DNA of 64,000 nucleotides from Candidatus Altiarchaeota archaeon (GTDB taxonomy: Archaea; Altiarchaeota; Altiarchaeia; IMC4; QMZM01). Below the pieces are notes generated by a model. It did no database searches. It saw only the letters and a program-made list of their open reading frames with translations, and had not been told where the DNA came from. Of the stretch, positions 9,735 to 20,300 are shown one piece after another. The stretch covers positions 1 to 64,000 of the forward strand of contig JAFGDV010000022.1 in the NCBI GenBank assembly GCA_016931955.1, read 5' to 3'. Position 1 is the stretch's first letter. Each line of letters opens with the position of its first letter. Both the position numbers and the translations under genes were made by a program.

Positions 9735-10286
9735 TTAGGTCCCCATGATGGCTGATGTTTTCTTTATTATGTTTCTTGTTGCTTCGGCTGCCATGTCGGC
9801 TTCTCTGGGTGTTTTGGCACCGGTGACTATTATGCGTCCGGACCTGAATACTAGCATGACTGTCTTGGGTTCGTCTAACCTGAATATTAGTCCAGGAAAC
9901 TGTTCAGGCTCGTATTCGGTGTTGTCGCATTCCATCGCCAATATGTCGAGGTTGACTCTGAAGTTCAGGTTAGAGGATGCGACGATGTTCTGTATCTCGA
10001 TCTTTGGGGTGGCTTTGATGATTATGTCGGCCTCCCTCAGCTTCTTCAAGAGCTTCTGGACGGCTAAGTCGATTTCCTCCCTCGACCTTGCGCCGCTGCA
10101 TATGACTTTACCCGTGCGGAAGATCAGCATGGCGAGCTTGGGCTGCTGCATCCGGAAGATGACTCCAGGAAACCTCTTAGGGTTGTCCACCCCCTCCACA
10201 GAACATGCGAACTCCTCCAGGTTGATATCCTGTCCAAGGACTATGGAGGAGACGATGTTCTCAATCTTCGCCTTCATCTTCAACAT
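9735..10286 (-). CDS. tbp: TATA-box-binding protein
   Basis: Two TBP repeats: KIENIVSS..FPGVIFR..LIFRTGKVICSGARS and IQNIVAS..YEPEQFPGLIFR..VFRSGRIIVTGAK. Confidence 0.95.
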   Translation of the reverse strand: MLKMKAKIENIVSSIVLGQDINLEEFACSVEGVDNPKRFPGVIFRMQQPKLAMLIFRTGKVICSGARSREEIDLAVQKLLKKLREADIIIKATPKIEIQNIVASSNLNFRVNLDILAMECDNTEYEPEQFPGLIFRLDEPKTVMLVFRSGRIIVTGAKTPREADMAAEATRNIIKKTSAIMGT

Positions 10287-10361
10287 AATATATTTCCCGT
10301 CGGTGATTAAATACCGAAACATAGATAAAGGTGATTAGACAAATTATATGACACAGTCAAA

Positions 10362-12389
10362 ATGCTAAAAAGAAGCTTGTTTTTGGGTGTTTTTTTGGTT
10401 GCGCTGCTTTTCTCTGCCACCGCGCAGACACAAGAAGAGCTTGCCGGCTGGCATTATGGTCTTGCGAACGAGGCCTATAAAAAAGGCGACATTGGAAATG
10501 CTAGCATCCACGTCGGCGAGGCCTTGAGTCTATATACTCAGTTGGGGGATGTTTCGGGGCAGATTAGATGCAATGGATTAATCCAGGATCTGCATGCAGG
10601 AGATGGCATAGAGGGTTTGAGGCTTTTAGGTGACATCGGGTTGATCATTCTGGTTTCAACATTATTCGCATTCTTTACAAGGCTGCTAAGGCAACCCATG
10701 ATTTTAGCGTATGTGGCTGCAGGGATAGTTATAGGCCCCTTCGGCCTGAAGCTTATCACAGAACAGGGGACAATAGAGACGCTGGCGGAGCTTGGGATAG
10801 CGTTCCTGTTGTTCATGGTCGGATTAGAGCTGGACATAAACAGGCTTAAGGATGTGGGTAAGGTGTCTGCTGGCTGCGGCTTAGGGCAGATATTGATAAC
10901 ATTTATCATAGGATTCGTGCTTGCGGCACTACTCAACCAATTCACTTTGATAGAGTCTTTTTATATAGCATTCGCCCTCACCATAAGCAGCACGATGATT
11001 GTGGTAAAGCTGCTGTCTGATAAAGAGGAACTTGATACACTGCACGGAAAAATCGTGCTCGGAACCCTGCTGATACAGGATGTGGTGACAATCATGGTGT
11101 TGGCTGTTCTGACGACGCTTAACTCTTTCACGTTAACTTCATTGGTTACGGCGGCTTTCACAGGTATTGGGTTGGTTGCATTAGCCATAATAATGGGGAG
11201 ATACGTGCTTCCTCCATTGTTCTGCTTCGCCGCAAGATCTGTTGAGCATCTCTTTCTGACGTCTCTGGCTTGGTGCTTCGTCTTTTCGGCTTTTTCTTAT
11301 ATAGTATTCACAAATCTTCTGGGCTTCGGTGGCTCCGCGATATCAATAGGCTCGTTTCTCGCAGGCGTAAGCCTCGCATCTTTCCCATACAACATAGAGA
11401 TCGTCGGCAGGATAAGGTCGCTGAAGGACTTCTTCGTTGTGATATTCTTCGTGTCACTTGGAATGCAGGTTCCACTGTACATTCCATTGATACAGAACGT
11501 GATCCTGTTCTCCCTCTTTGTCCTAATCGGGACACCAATCATTATGATGTTCATATGCAGCCTCTTCGGGTATGGTAAGAGAACGTCTTTACTCACCGGG
11601 CTTGCATTAGCGCAGATATCTGAGTTCTCGCTGATCCTCGCAGGAGAGGGTTTCTCCTTCGGGCATATACGCGCCGACATGCTCTCGCTTGTGACATGGA
11701 TAATGCTCGTAACCAGCACCGTAAGCTCCTACTACATACTCCACGGAGGCCAGATCTACAACCGATTGCTTCCGGCATTGAAGGTATTCAACAGGTTCTC
11801 CATGAACAAGATCCTAGAAGACGTGCAAAGAGATGCTAGACACCATGTCATAGTCTTCGGATGCGATCGCATGGGCGGCATCATCATCAAAACACTCCAA
11901 GCCATGAAGAAAGACTTCGTCGTAGTAGACATCAACCCAGAGATCATCAAATCACTGATGAGTCAGAGGATTCCTTCACTGTACGGGGACATAGACGACA
12001 TGGAGGTTTTGGAGAGGGTCAACCTTAAGGATGCGAACGTTGTGATCTCGACGATACCTAACCTAAGAGAAAACCTGCTTATAATAGAGGAGACAAAAAA
12101 ACGCAACCCAGATGCTGTGATCATCATAACGGCAAGGAACATAGACAATGCCCTTACACTCTACAAAGCCGATGCCGACTACGTGATACTACCGCATATT
12201 CTAAGCGGTGAACGGGTCTCGGAATTCCTCACAGATTATATAGTCAACAAAGACGAATTCGCTCACCTAAAGAGAAAACACATGGAGCGGCTGGAAAACC
12301 AGAAGAGACTGGATATCTTGATGAAATATGAGCCCTCATTCATAGGCATGCTTGAGAGAAAATTCGAGCACATGGGTCACAGGTTATAG
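10362..12389 (+). CDS. Kef-type CPA2 cation:proton antiporter with TrkA-N (RCK) domain and an extra N-terminal signal peptide plus TPR-like module
   Basis: ELGIAFLLFMVGLELD, ISSTMIVVKLL, LLIQD, LAQISEFS; HVIVFGCDRMG..LYGD RCK domain. Confidence 0.85.
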   Translation: MLKRSLFLGVFLVALLFSATAQTQEELAGWHYGLANEAYKKGDIGNASIHVGEALSLYTQLGDVSGQIRCNGLIQDLHAGDGIEGLRLLGDIGLIILVSTLFAFFTRLLRQPMILAYVAAGIVIGPFGLKLITEQGTIETLAELGIAFLLFMVGLELDINRLKDVGKVSAGCGLGQILITFIIGFVLAALLNQFTLIESFYIAFALTISSTMIVVKLLSDKEELDTLHGKIVLGTLLIQDVVTIMVLAVLTTLNSFTLTSLVTAAFTGIGLVALAIIMGRYVLPPLFCFAARSVEHLFLTSLAWCFVFSAFSYIVFTNLLGFGGSAISIGSFLAGVSLASFPYNIEIVGRIRSLKDFFVVIFFVSLGMQVPLYIPLIQNVILFSLFVLIGTPIIMMFICSLFGYGKRTSLLTGLALAQISEFSLILAGEGFSFGHIRADMLSLVTWIMLVTSTVSSYYILHGGQIYNRLLPALKVFNRFSMNKILEDVQRDARHHVIVFGCDRMGGIIIKTLQAMKKDFVVVDINPEIIKSLMSQRIPSLYGDIDDMEVLERVNLKDANVVISTIPNLRENLLIIEETKKRNPDAVIIITARNIDNALTLYKADADYVILPHILSGERVSEFLTDYIVNKDEFAHLKRKHMERLENQKRLDILMKYEPSFIGMLERKFEHMGHRL

Positions 12390-14705
12390 CTAGTCTTCCT
12401 GAAACCCTTCCCCCATGGTCTTCTTGAGCGGTAGACCGTAGCCCAATAACCTGTCCTTCCTTATCTTGGGTAAAGGCTTCCCCTCAGGTTTAGGTTTCTT
12501 TACCTTAGGGGATTCCCTCTGAGGCTGCGAACTTCTTTGCTCACCTTCAGAGCCTAAAGCCATCAAGCCCTCCTTTTTTTTGGGTCTGTAAGCTTCTGTT
12601 TTTCTGGGACTGTGCGGGTGTCTGCCAATCAGATACAGGGAACCGGCTAGTAGCGCGACTATGATTAGGACAAGAACCAGGATTAGTATGTACACCATAT
12701 TTGAGCCGATCGACTTAGAAAGCCCATCAATAGGGTTGCCCGTATCCTCTCTGCTGATCCTGGATATCAGAGACTTTACCTCAAGAAGCTCCTTCACGTA
12801 TCTGCTGTTCTCGTATCTATTCTCCGCTATCTCACCTGCAAGAGCCTTTATGTCTTTCAGTTCAGCAGTTGAGGGATCACAGCCCACCTGAGAACCACTG
12901 TCAAAGCAATTATAGACGTGAAAGGATCTCTGAACGAACACGCTTGCGTTACTGAAATCGCCCACTGCTGCGCTCATCTCAGCCAGCTTGTAGTAGATCC
13001 CTGCAAGAAGTATCTCTGATTCACGGGTTTTGTTTGTGTCCTTTAAGAAGACGTAGTCGATCCTCGACCTTAACGCATTTGTCAGGGATTCTTCGTATTT
13101 TTTATCGTTGTAGAGGATGGTTGCGTTTTCCAGTAGACTTGCTGCCTCAAAACCCATGAACTGGGTTGATTTGTTTATTATGTCATTGCATTTCCCGACT
13201 GCCTTTTCGTTCTTCAGATACGCGTACTTGTATTTTGCCTTCTGAGCAAGGGTGCTGGCGTTCACGTAGTCGCCCGACAGGTAGAGGGCTACGGACTTGT
13301 TGTAGTATTCATCCGCCGACGTCTCCTCCTGTTTGGTCCGCTTCAGATCGCTTTCTATCTTCGAGATGAGTGTTCGAGCATCTGTGACGCCCTTAGAATT
13401 ATCGAGTTCTGAATAGAGTTCCTCTGATTTCTGAGCGTACTTCATTGAATTAACGTAATCCATCTTATTGTAGCTGGACTCTGCAAGCTTGTAGTTGTTG
13501 TAGGCCTCCTGCTCCTTCGCATACGTCTCTGACTGGAACAGGTAGACGTTCTTGTCGCCGGAGCCGATGGCTAATTCAGCATATCCATCACCCTCCAAGT
13601 CGTCTGCGGAGACTTCCCTCACAGTGTTGGTCTCGTATTCCCATAGGGTTTCCCCGTCGCTCTCGACCACATAGGCTCCGTCAGAACAGGCTGCTATGAT
13701 CTCATTGAACCCGTCCTTGTTCAAGTCCACGAGCATTATGTCGTAGACCTCTGAGCCGACTGGATTCTGCCACTCAAGTTCTCCTTTTTTATTTAGGACG
13801 TAGACGTCGTTCGAGCCTAGTATTATCTCTTTATCATCGTCGGCGTCGATGTCTTCGACGGCTATTTCCCTTATAAGACCACCCGTTGAATACTCCCACA
13901 ACTCCGTTCCCTGATCGTCTAAGACATGGAGTTCCTGATATGAGCCCACTAGGATCTCTTTCTTACCATCACCTTCTAAGTCTGCAACGTGGACTGATGC
14001 TACACCCCTGTCGGTGGGGAATGTAAACACCTTAGTACCCTTACTGTTGAATACCTGCACGGCCGCTGCTGTGCTGTACGTCCCCCACCTGCCATAGCTG
14101 CCTACCAGAACCTCCTTAACACCATCTCCGTCAATATCCTCTGCCGTGATACTATGGACTTCCCCGACAGTGGAAGCCGACCAGATTATTCTACCCTCAG
14201 GGCTTATGACAAAGACCTCGTTACGGAGGCTTCCTGAACCCGCACCGACTAGGATCTCTTTCTTCCCGTCCCCGTCTACGTCATCCAAGGAGATGGAGGA
14301 TATGTCATACTCATGTCTTGGAGACATCTCCCACTTCTTCTCTGCTTTAGTATTCAGGACGTGGAGCCTCGAGAATACCGAGGTTATGATCTCTTTCTCC
14401 CCGTCGCCTTCAATGTCGTCGACTACCATCCCAGTAACGTGTCCTGGGAGGAAATATTGACCTGTTGATTCTCCTTCTTTGTTGATTATGTTAACCCACC
14501 CGGCTGCGCCGCCAAGCATCTGCTTGGAGGATGCTATTATAACCTCCTTCTTTCCGTCGCCTTCAAGATCCGCTATTTTGAGAAATGCTATTCCGCCATT
14601 AGAGGAGTACTGCCACTTGAGGGTGAAGTAGTCATCCGATTCTGAACAGACGACGCAGATGCATAGTAGGGCGCAGATGAGCGGTAGTAGAATTCTCCTT
14701 TTCAT
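12390..14705 (-). CDS. Membrane-anchored FG-GAP-like beta-propeller protein with TPR-like helical repeats
   Basis: Repeated DLEGDGKKEI motifs, helical repeats, C-terminal transmembrane helix and basic tail. Confidence 0.75.
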   Translation of the reverse strand: MKRRILLPLICALLCICVVCSESDDYFTLKWQYSSNGGIAFLKIADLEGDGKKEVIIASSKQMLGGAAGWVNIINKEGESTGQYFLPGHVTGMVVDDIEGDGEKEIITSVFSRLHVLNTKAEKKWEMSPRHEYDISSISLDDVDGDGKKEILVGAGSGSLRNEVFVISPEGRIIWSASTVGEVHSITAEDIDGDGVKEVLVGSYGRWGTYSTAAAVQVFNSKGTKVFTFPTDRGVASVHVADLEGDGKKEILVGSYQELHVLDDQGTELWEYSTGGLIREIAVEDIDADDDKEIILGSNDVYVLNKKGELEWQNPVGSEVYDIMLVDLNKDGFNEIIAACSDGAYVVESDGETLWEYETNTVREVSADDLEGDGYAELAIGSGDKNVYLFQSETYAKEQEAYNNYKLAESSYNKMDYVNSMKYAQKSEELYSELDNSKGVTDARTLISKIESDLKRTKQEETSADEYYNKSVALYLSGDYVNASTLAQKAKYKYAYLKNEKAVGKCNDIINKSTQFMGFEAASLLENATILYNDKKYEESLTNALRSRIDYVFLKDTNKTRESEILLAGIYYKLAEMSAAVGDFSNASVFVQRSFHVYNCFDSGSQVGCDPSTAELKDIKALAGEIAENRYENSRYVKELLEVKSLISRISREDTGNPIDGLSKSIGSNMVYILILVLVLIIVALLAGSLYLIGRHPHSPRKTEAYRPKKKEGLMALGSEGEQRSSQPQRESPKVKKPKPEGKPLPKIRKDRLLGYGLPLKKTMGEGFQED

Positions 14706-14739
14706 TTGTTAAAGATATGGGAATCAAAGATTTATATGT

Positions 14740-15708
14740 CTACAGTATTTGGAGAAGCCAGTATATCAGCGCTGAGAGTGATCCAGCCATAACCGGTGTC
14801 AGAACCCATCCAACAGAGATGTATTCGACGGTTTTTATGTTAACCGTCCTCACTCCCTTGGTCAGTCCGATGCCGATGACGCTGCCAACGACGGCCTGCG
14901 TTGACGATATCGGGATGCCAAGGACTGTGAAAAAGTAGACCACCGATGCAGCCGCAAACTGTGAGGTGAATGCCATGATAGGACCCATGCTTGTTATGCC
15001 TTTACTTACTGTTTCGACGACGCGCCTGCTGAAAGAGCTTGCACCCACACCCATTGAGACCCCGACCATGAAGACTATCGCCAGCTGGTTGCTCATAGCA
15101 TTAGAGCCGATGACTGGACCTACTGCGTTGCCTATGTTATTCGCACCCAGGCTGTAGGAGAGGAACACTGAACCCAATACCAGTAGTACCTGGAAGAGTC
15201 TGCTGAAGGTCAACAGATTCAATCTGCCTGAGAGGGGAGTCATCACATACCTGTAGAGGAGTACTGCGAGGACTATTGCTGCAATCGGCGTCATAATCCA
15301 GGACAGGAGCAGTTTGGATATGAGGATAAAATTCAGTTTACCCGCCAACCCCTCAACGATTATGATGCCCATTATTGCGCCCACCATGGTGTGGCTTGTT
15401 GCCACTGGTATGGATAAGGCTGTTGAAATGCCCACGAAGATCAGGGTGGCTAGTAGAGCGGCTAACGCTATATCCTCATCCATTCCATTCTCCAAAGGCA
15501 CAATATCGCCTCCAATCGTCTGTATGACCGCCCCGCCCTGCAGTAGGGCGCCGAGCAGCATGGATATGGACGCCAGCAGGGCTGCTTTCCTGAAGGACAT
15601 TATGTTGGAGCCCACAATGACCCCAATAGCGTTAGATGCGCTGTTTGCCCCGATATTCAATCCAACAAGGAGCGCTGATACAACGATCGATAATGAGATA
15701 GCATCCAT
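14740..15708 (-). CDS. pit: PiT-family inorganic phosphate/anion transporter
   Basis: GANSASNA and GANNIGNA signatures; PVATSH and PISSTQ. Confidence 0.9.
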   Translation of the reverse strand: MDAISLSIVVSALLVGLNIGANSASNAIGVIVGSNIMSFRKAALLASISMLLGALLQGGAVIQTIGGDIVPLENGMDEDIALAALLATLIFVGISTALSIPVATSHTMVGAIMGIIIVEGLAGKLNFILISKLLLSWIMTPIAAIVLAVLLYRYVMTPLSGRLNLLTFSRLFQVLLVLGSVFLSYSLGANNIGNAVGPVIGSNAMSNQLAIVFMVGVSMGVGASSFSRRVVETVSKGITSMGPIMAFTSQFAAASVVYFFTVLGIPISSTQAVVGSVIGIGLTKGVRTVNIKTVEYISVGWVLTPVMAGSLSALIYWLLQIL

Positions 15709-15710
15709 GT

Positions 15711-16382
15711 CTATGCCTTGTGCAGCAAAAGGATCAGGGATAATGCATCAGTCGCGTCTTCGGCCCTGTCGGATATGTTCCCGGAGTACTCCACAAGCTT
15801 TGATAGCAGCAGTGCAAGGATTCCATCTTCGACTTTCTTATACAGCAAGGAATAGGCCTTGTTTTCTATCTCATCTGCTTCATGTTCCTTCGACCTTATC
15901 CGCTCTATCGCAGACCTCATGTCTGCTATGTTCGCCATATCGATCACGCTCCTGCGGAGTACATCTATCGTATCCAATCCCGCGTCTATCTCCATCTTGA
16001 TTAGTGGGAGTATGTTCTTTGGCATCTTCCTGCCCTCAAGAAAGACCAGCATCTTAGCAGCATCCTGGGCAGCATCTGCTATTTCGTCAACCATCTCCAC
16101 GAAATTAAGTATGAGGCTTCTGCTTCCAGGGAGGAATGCCCCAGAATACATGTTTTCTTCGATCTTCCTCCGGAGGTCATCCGCCATAGATTCGAGATTG
16201 CATGTGTTTTCTACCTGTTTCCCTAATTCCTTGTAGTTCCCTTCCTCAAAGGCGTCGAATGCGTTTTTGAATTCGTATACTACTTTGTAGGTCATATCTG
16301 CGTGCTCGTTTATCAATCGGATGGTCTCTTTCTCCTGCTCGCCCGCCAATACAGATATTAGGTTGAATAATGTCATCTTCAT
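15711..16382 (-). CDS. DUF47/TIGR00153 PhoU-like phosphate transport regulator
   Basis: LESMADDLRR..GAFLP, EHEADEIE, ISDRAED motifs; adjacent to pit. Confidence 0.85.
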   Translation of the reverse strand: MKMTLFNLISVLAGEQEKETIRLINEHADMTYKVVYEFKNAFDAFEEGNYKELGKQVENTCNLESMADDLRRKIEENMYSGAFLPGSRSLILNFVEMVDEIADAAQDAAKMLVFLEGRKMPKNILPLIKMEIDAGLDTIDVLRRSVIDMANIADMRSAIERIRSKEHEADEIENKAYSLLYKKVEDGILALLLSKLVEYSGNISDRAEDATDALSLILLLHKA

Positions 16383-16481
16383 CCCTCCGTTGTGTTTAGG
16401 ACATGTGAATGAGAGGATAAGAATGTGCTTTTTAAACACATGCTCCTATACAGTATATATAATGTATATATACATTAGAAG

Positions 16482-16679
16482 ATGAGGGAAACTATCTCAG
16501 TATACACGGAGCCTTACACAAAATTTGTGATCAAGAATCTGGTCAAGATAAAAGGCAGATCGGAATCCGACGTTGCCAATTTCATACTCAAGAGCTGGAT
16601 AAGCGACCACCTAGATGAACTGAAAGAATACGGCATCACGGTAAAAAAGGCCAGAGAAGTCGGAGCATTGAGGCTATAA
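16482..16679 (+). CDS. Small ribbon-helix-helix-like protein
   Basis: N-terminal strand ETISVY followed by two helices (GRSESDVANFILKSWI). Confidence 0.55.
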   Translation: MRETISVYTEPYTKFVIKNLVKIKGRSESDVANFILKSWISDHLDELKEYGITVKKAREVGALRL

Positions 16680-16732
16680 AACGAAAAGTATTTAAACCCA
16701 AAGTGACACGGTTTATAAATACCCCCAAAAAA

Positions 16733-17452
16733 ATGGAGATCGAAGAACTGATCGAGAAGTCCTTTTGGAAGGATATCCTGTACGAGATCATAAGCACCAT
16801 GGATCCATGGGACATAGACATCTGCAGACTGGCTACTCTATACTCTGACAGGGTCGAAAAGATGAGGGACATAAACTTCAGGATACCTGCTAACGTCATC
16901 CTCGTAAGCTCCGTCCTTCTTAGGATGAAGGCCGACATAGTGGCCTCCATAGAGATCAATCCGCTGGAATTCGCACCAGATATTGACGAAGGGATTATGT
17001 TCGGGGAACTAGACATTGGATCCTATACCTCGATCGGGGAACTTGGGGAATACAGCGATTTAGAGAAAGACAACGGGGATGAACTGCCCTTCAAGGTCAA
17101 ACCGAAGAGGGTTACGAAGAGGAGGGTCACTGCAGAGGAACTCATCGCAGCAATACAGAAGGTCTTAGAGGACAGGGAGATAAAAAGCAGGCTCAAAAGG
17201 GAGGATAAGATGAGGCTCCCAATAGAGATAACACTCACAAAAGACATCAGGCAGCTGATAGAAGAAACATACAAGAAACTGGTGAGTATCCTGTCGGAGA
17301 AAAAGAATGAGATAGTCCTGTTCTCTGAGATGGTTCCAGAAAGAAAAGAGATACTCCCAACATTCATGTCTCTCCTGCACCTATCCAATGACCAGAAGAT
17401 ATCCCTTAGGCAGGAGAGGATATATGATGAGATCTTCATCAGCGTACGATAG
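16733..17452 (+). CDS. scpA: Segregation/condensation protein A (kleisin)
   Basis: MDPWDIDI..L..Y, SVLLRMKA, RRVTAEELI, TFMSLLHL..QERIYDEI motifs. Confidence 0.85.
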   Translation: MEIEELIEKSFWKDILYEIISTMDPWDIDICRLATLYSDRVEKMRDINFRIPANVILVSSVLLRMKADIVASIEINPLEFAPDIDEGIMFGELDIGSYTSIGELGEYSDLEKDNGDELPFKVKPKRVTKRRVTAEELIAAIQKVLEDREIKSRLKREDKMRLPIEITLTKDIRQLIEETYKKLVSILSEKKNEIVLFSEMVPERKEILPTFMSLLHLSNDQKISLRQERIYDEIFISVR

Positions 17453-18878
17453 CCTTACAGAGTCCATCTATTTTTACCCTGTCCTGTTTCTTAGTATCCC
17501 TGTCCCTCAATGTTACAGTATCGTCTTCAAGGGTTTCATAGTCTATCGTCACGCAGATTGGAACCCCTACCTCATCAGCCCTAGCATATCTCTTCCCTAT
17601 GCTTCCACCCTCATCGTAGAATACGTAAAGACCCTCTTTCTTCAGCAGATCGAAGACCTGCTGCGCCTTCTCGGGCAGCCCATCCTTGCCGACTAAGGGA
17701 AAAACACCCGCCTTATAGGGCGCAATATCCTCTGGAAAGGAAAAAAACACGCGATCGCCTTCCTCCCTGTAACAGGATTCGATGACGCAGTAGAAGGGCC
17801 TGTCTATCCCATAAGCGACTTCTACGACATGTGGTATGAACTTCCTGCCTTCATAGTTCACCGTCATATCCTGCTTGGATAACTTCATGTGCGCTGAAAG
17901 GTCGTAATCAGTTCTATCAGAGACTCCGACCAACTCGATTTTACCAAAAACACTGCTCATGTACTCGATATCCCATGTATCGGTTGAATAGAAGGCCCTC
18001 TCCTCGTCCTTGTGTTGCCTCAGCCTTAACGCCTCAGGGTTTATACCCATTTCCTTAAATAGTTGTAGTGACCTGCCGAGAAAATAAGCGATCATCTGCA
18101 GCTTTACTATGCCCTTCTCCACCGCTTCTTTAAGCGTTAAGCTGGACTCCCTGCCTTCTTTGTCTATGACCTTGGCCTTGATAGCTGAAACGGTATCGAA
18201 TCTGGGAGAATACTTCCCATCCGGTTCCACGAAGAACTGTATCTCTGCCTGATTGAATTCCCTGAGGCGTATCATGCCCTGCCTCGGTGAAATCTCGTTC
18301 CTGAAGGACCTGCCTATCTGTATGACGCCAAAGGGTAGCTTCTTCCTTGCTATCTCCCAGAGCCTTCTGAATCCAAGGTAGGTGGTTTGAGCTGTCTCAG
18401 GTCTGAGGTAGGCTACCTCCTTGTTTTTCCCCGGCCCAATGAAGGTCTGAAACATCAGGTTATAGCTGTAGACCCTGTCCAATCCGCCGCCGCATTTAGG
18501 GCATTTTATCTTATATTCCTTGACCAGCTCGTCCATTGCACTCATGTCTGAGGCTTCGCAGGATTTACCTGTGTGTTCCTCGATCAGGTGATCTGCTCGA
18601 TAAGGCTCACCGCATTTCAGACACTCCGTCATGAGGTCGGAGAAACTGCTTACGTGACCTGATGCCACCCACACTGCTTCGGGCGAAAGCGTCGGACACT
18701 CAACTTCAAAGCACCCTTCTTCTATAATGTAATACCTCCTCACCAGATCTTCTATATTCTTCTTTATCCTTGAACCTATCGGTCCATAGTCATAGAACCC
18801 TCCTACCCCCCCATATATCTCAAAGGAGGGGTACATTATGCCTCTCCTCTTTGATACATCTAATATCTGTTTATGCAT
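17439..18878 (-). CDS. glyS: Glycine--tRNA ligase (alpha2 type)
   Basis: FEIYGGVGGFYDYGP, YLRPETAQ, FRNEISPRQGMIRLREF, SIGKRYARADEVG. Confidence 0.95.
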   Translation of the reverse strand: MHKQILDVSKRRGIMYPSFEIYGGVGGFYDYGPIGSRIKKNIEDLVRRYYIIEEGCFEVECPTLSPEAVWVASGHVSSFSDLMTECLKCGEPYRADHLIEEHTGKSCEASDMSAMDELVKEYKIKCPKCGGGLDRVYSYNLMFQTFIGPGKNKEVAYLRPETAQTTYLGFRRLWEIARKKLPFGVIQIGRSFRNEISPRQGMIRLREFNQAEIQFFVEPDGKYSPRFDTVSAIKAKVIDKEGRESSLTLKEAVEKGIVKLQMIAYFLGRSLQLFKEMGINPEALRLRQHKDEERAFYSTDTWDIEYMSSVFGKIELVGVSDRTDYDLSAHMKLSKQDMTVNYEGRKFIPHVVEVAYGIDRPFYCVIESCYREEGDRVFFSFPEDIAPYKAGVFPLVGKDGLPEKAQQVFDLLKKEGLYVFYDEGGSIGKRYARADEVGVPICVTIDYETLEDDTVTLRDRDTKKQDRVKIDGLCKAIVR

Positions 18879-18888
18879 CCTGCTGCAC

Positions 18889-20298
18889 CTAAAAAATGTA
18901 TCGAGCGAAACCAACACTGATCTTTCTGAAAAAACTATGTTTAGTGCTGGTCTGCCTTGAAACGCATCTCACAAGATCGCTGAAAAGCTTCCTCTCTTCC
19001 TCATCCAAGAGTTCCTCCTGTGCCCTCTTGTGTTTTACGACGATTACTCCATCCTTATAGCTGCCGCCGCCTTTCATGTCTTCTTTTTCTTCTATCAGGA
19101 ATCTTCGGACTGAATTATACCATGCTGGCAGAGACGACTTGAACCTCCTGCTCGCCTCCATGAAGTCCTTCATCCTTATCCTCCTCTCCTGTCCCGTCTT
19201 TAAAGCCTGCTTCCAGGGTATTGCCGCTGCCTCCTCACATACCTGCTTTATGTCTGCTATGGAGTAACCCTCAGTCAGCCTTGCGAGCCTGCCGTAATTA
19301 ACGCCCTTGTCGACTGGTTTGTCCTTCATCATGAGTTTGAATACCTCTTGGCGAGTTTTCTTGTCCGGCTCCGGGAAGTATATGAATCTGCTGAATCTAC
19401 CCGCCCGCCTCAGGGCGGGATCAAGGTACCACGGAGCATTCGTTGATCCTATTGTGAGGACTCCCTTGTTTGAGGCTTCTATGCCATCCATCTCCATGAG
19501 GAACTGATTTATCGCCCTCTTCTCGAAGCTCTGTTGTGTGGCATCCCGTCTACCGCCTATGCCATCGATTTCGTCGAAGAAGAGTATTGAGGGTGTGTTT
19601 TTTCTGGCCGTTTCAAATATCTTGTGGATGTTCTTCTCAGTGTTCCCGACGTACATGTCCATGATGTCGCTTATCTTAACATTCAGGAATGCTGCATCAC
19701 ATTCTCCTGCTGTTGCTTTCCCTATGTATGTTTTCCCGCAGCCAGGCGGCCCATAGAATACCACCCCTCCGCCAGCGGTCTTGCCATATTTTTCAGCCAG
19801 CTCGGGATTTTTCAGGGGATAGACTATGGCTTCATTTATTATCTCCTTTATTCCCTTCAATCCTGCGACATTGGAAAAATCTATGCCTGGTTTCTCTAGG
19901 AACTCGAACTTGTCTGTTCTCTGTCTTTCGAGCAGTGACTCATCTGCATCCTCCCGTGGGCTTAACCCGATTGCCTTATTGTATTCTTGCCTGGCTCTCG
20001 CAAAATCCTGCTGTTGATCGTATACGTTCCCAAGTGCATGATGTGCTTCCGGGAAGTCGCCTTTTAACTCAATCGCCTTGTTGATGTCGGCTATTGCCTT
20101 AGTGTATTCCCTCTTTGCAATATAAACAAGCCCGCGATTGAAGTGGATATCCCCATTAAGGGGCTCGCTTTCTACAGCCTTCGTGAAGTTCTCTATTGCT
20201 TTATCGAACTCTTGCAGTTTATGGTAGTACATGCCTACCGTAAAATATCTGTTCTTGCTCCTGCTGTCTTCTCCCCCTAACTGCTTTTCCATTCTCAT
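18889..20298 (-). CDS. TPR-containing single-module AAA ATPase (CDC48/Vps4-like)
   Basis: Three N-terminal TPRs; GPPGCGKT, FFDEID, STNAPWYLDPALRRAGRF. Confidence 0.85.
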   Translation of the reverse strand: MRMEKQLGGEDSRSKNRYFTVGMYYHKLQEFDKAIENFTKAVESEPLNGDIHFNRGLVYIAKREYTKAIADINKAIELKGDFPEAHHALGNVYDQQQDFARARQEYNKAIGLSPREDADESLLERQRTDKFEFLEKPGIDFSNVAGLKGIKEIINEAIVYPLKNPELAEKYGKTAGGGVVFYGPPGCGKTYIGKATAGECDAAFLNVKISDIMDMYVGNTEKNIHKIFETARKNTPSILFFDEIDGIGGRRDATQQSFEKRAINQFLMEMDGIEASNKGVLTIGSTNAPWYLDPALRRAGRFSRFIYFPEPDKKTRQEVFKLMMKDKPVDKGVNYGRLARLTEGYSIADIKQVCEEAAAIPWKQALKTGQERRIRMKDFMEASRRFKSSLPAWYNSVRRFLIEEKEDMKGGGSYKDGVIVVKHKRAQEELLDEEERKLFSDLVRCVSRQTSTKHSFFRKISVGFARYIF

Positions 20299-20300
20299 CT

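Noticed and set aside
9745-10338. 197-aa plus-strand ORF and the many other antisense or nested ORFs in the track
   Set aside because: They are shadows of well-supported genes on the opposite strand or frame (here tbp) and have no motifs
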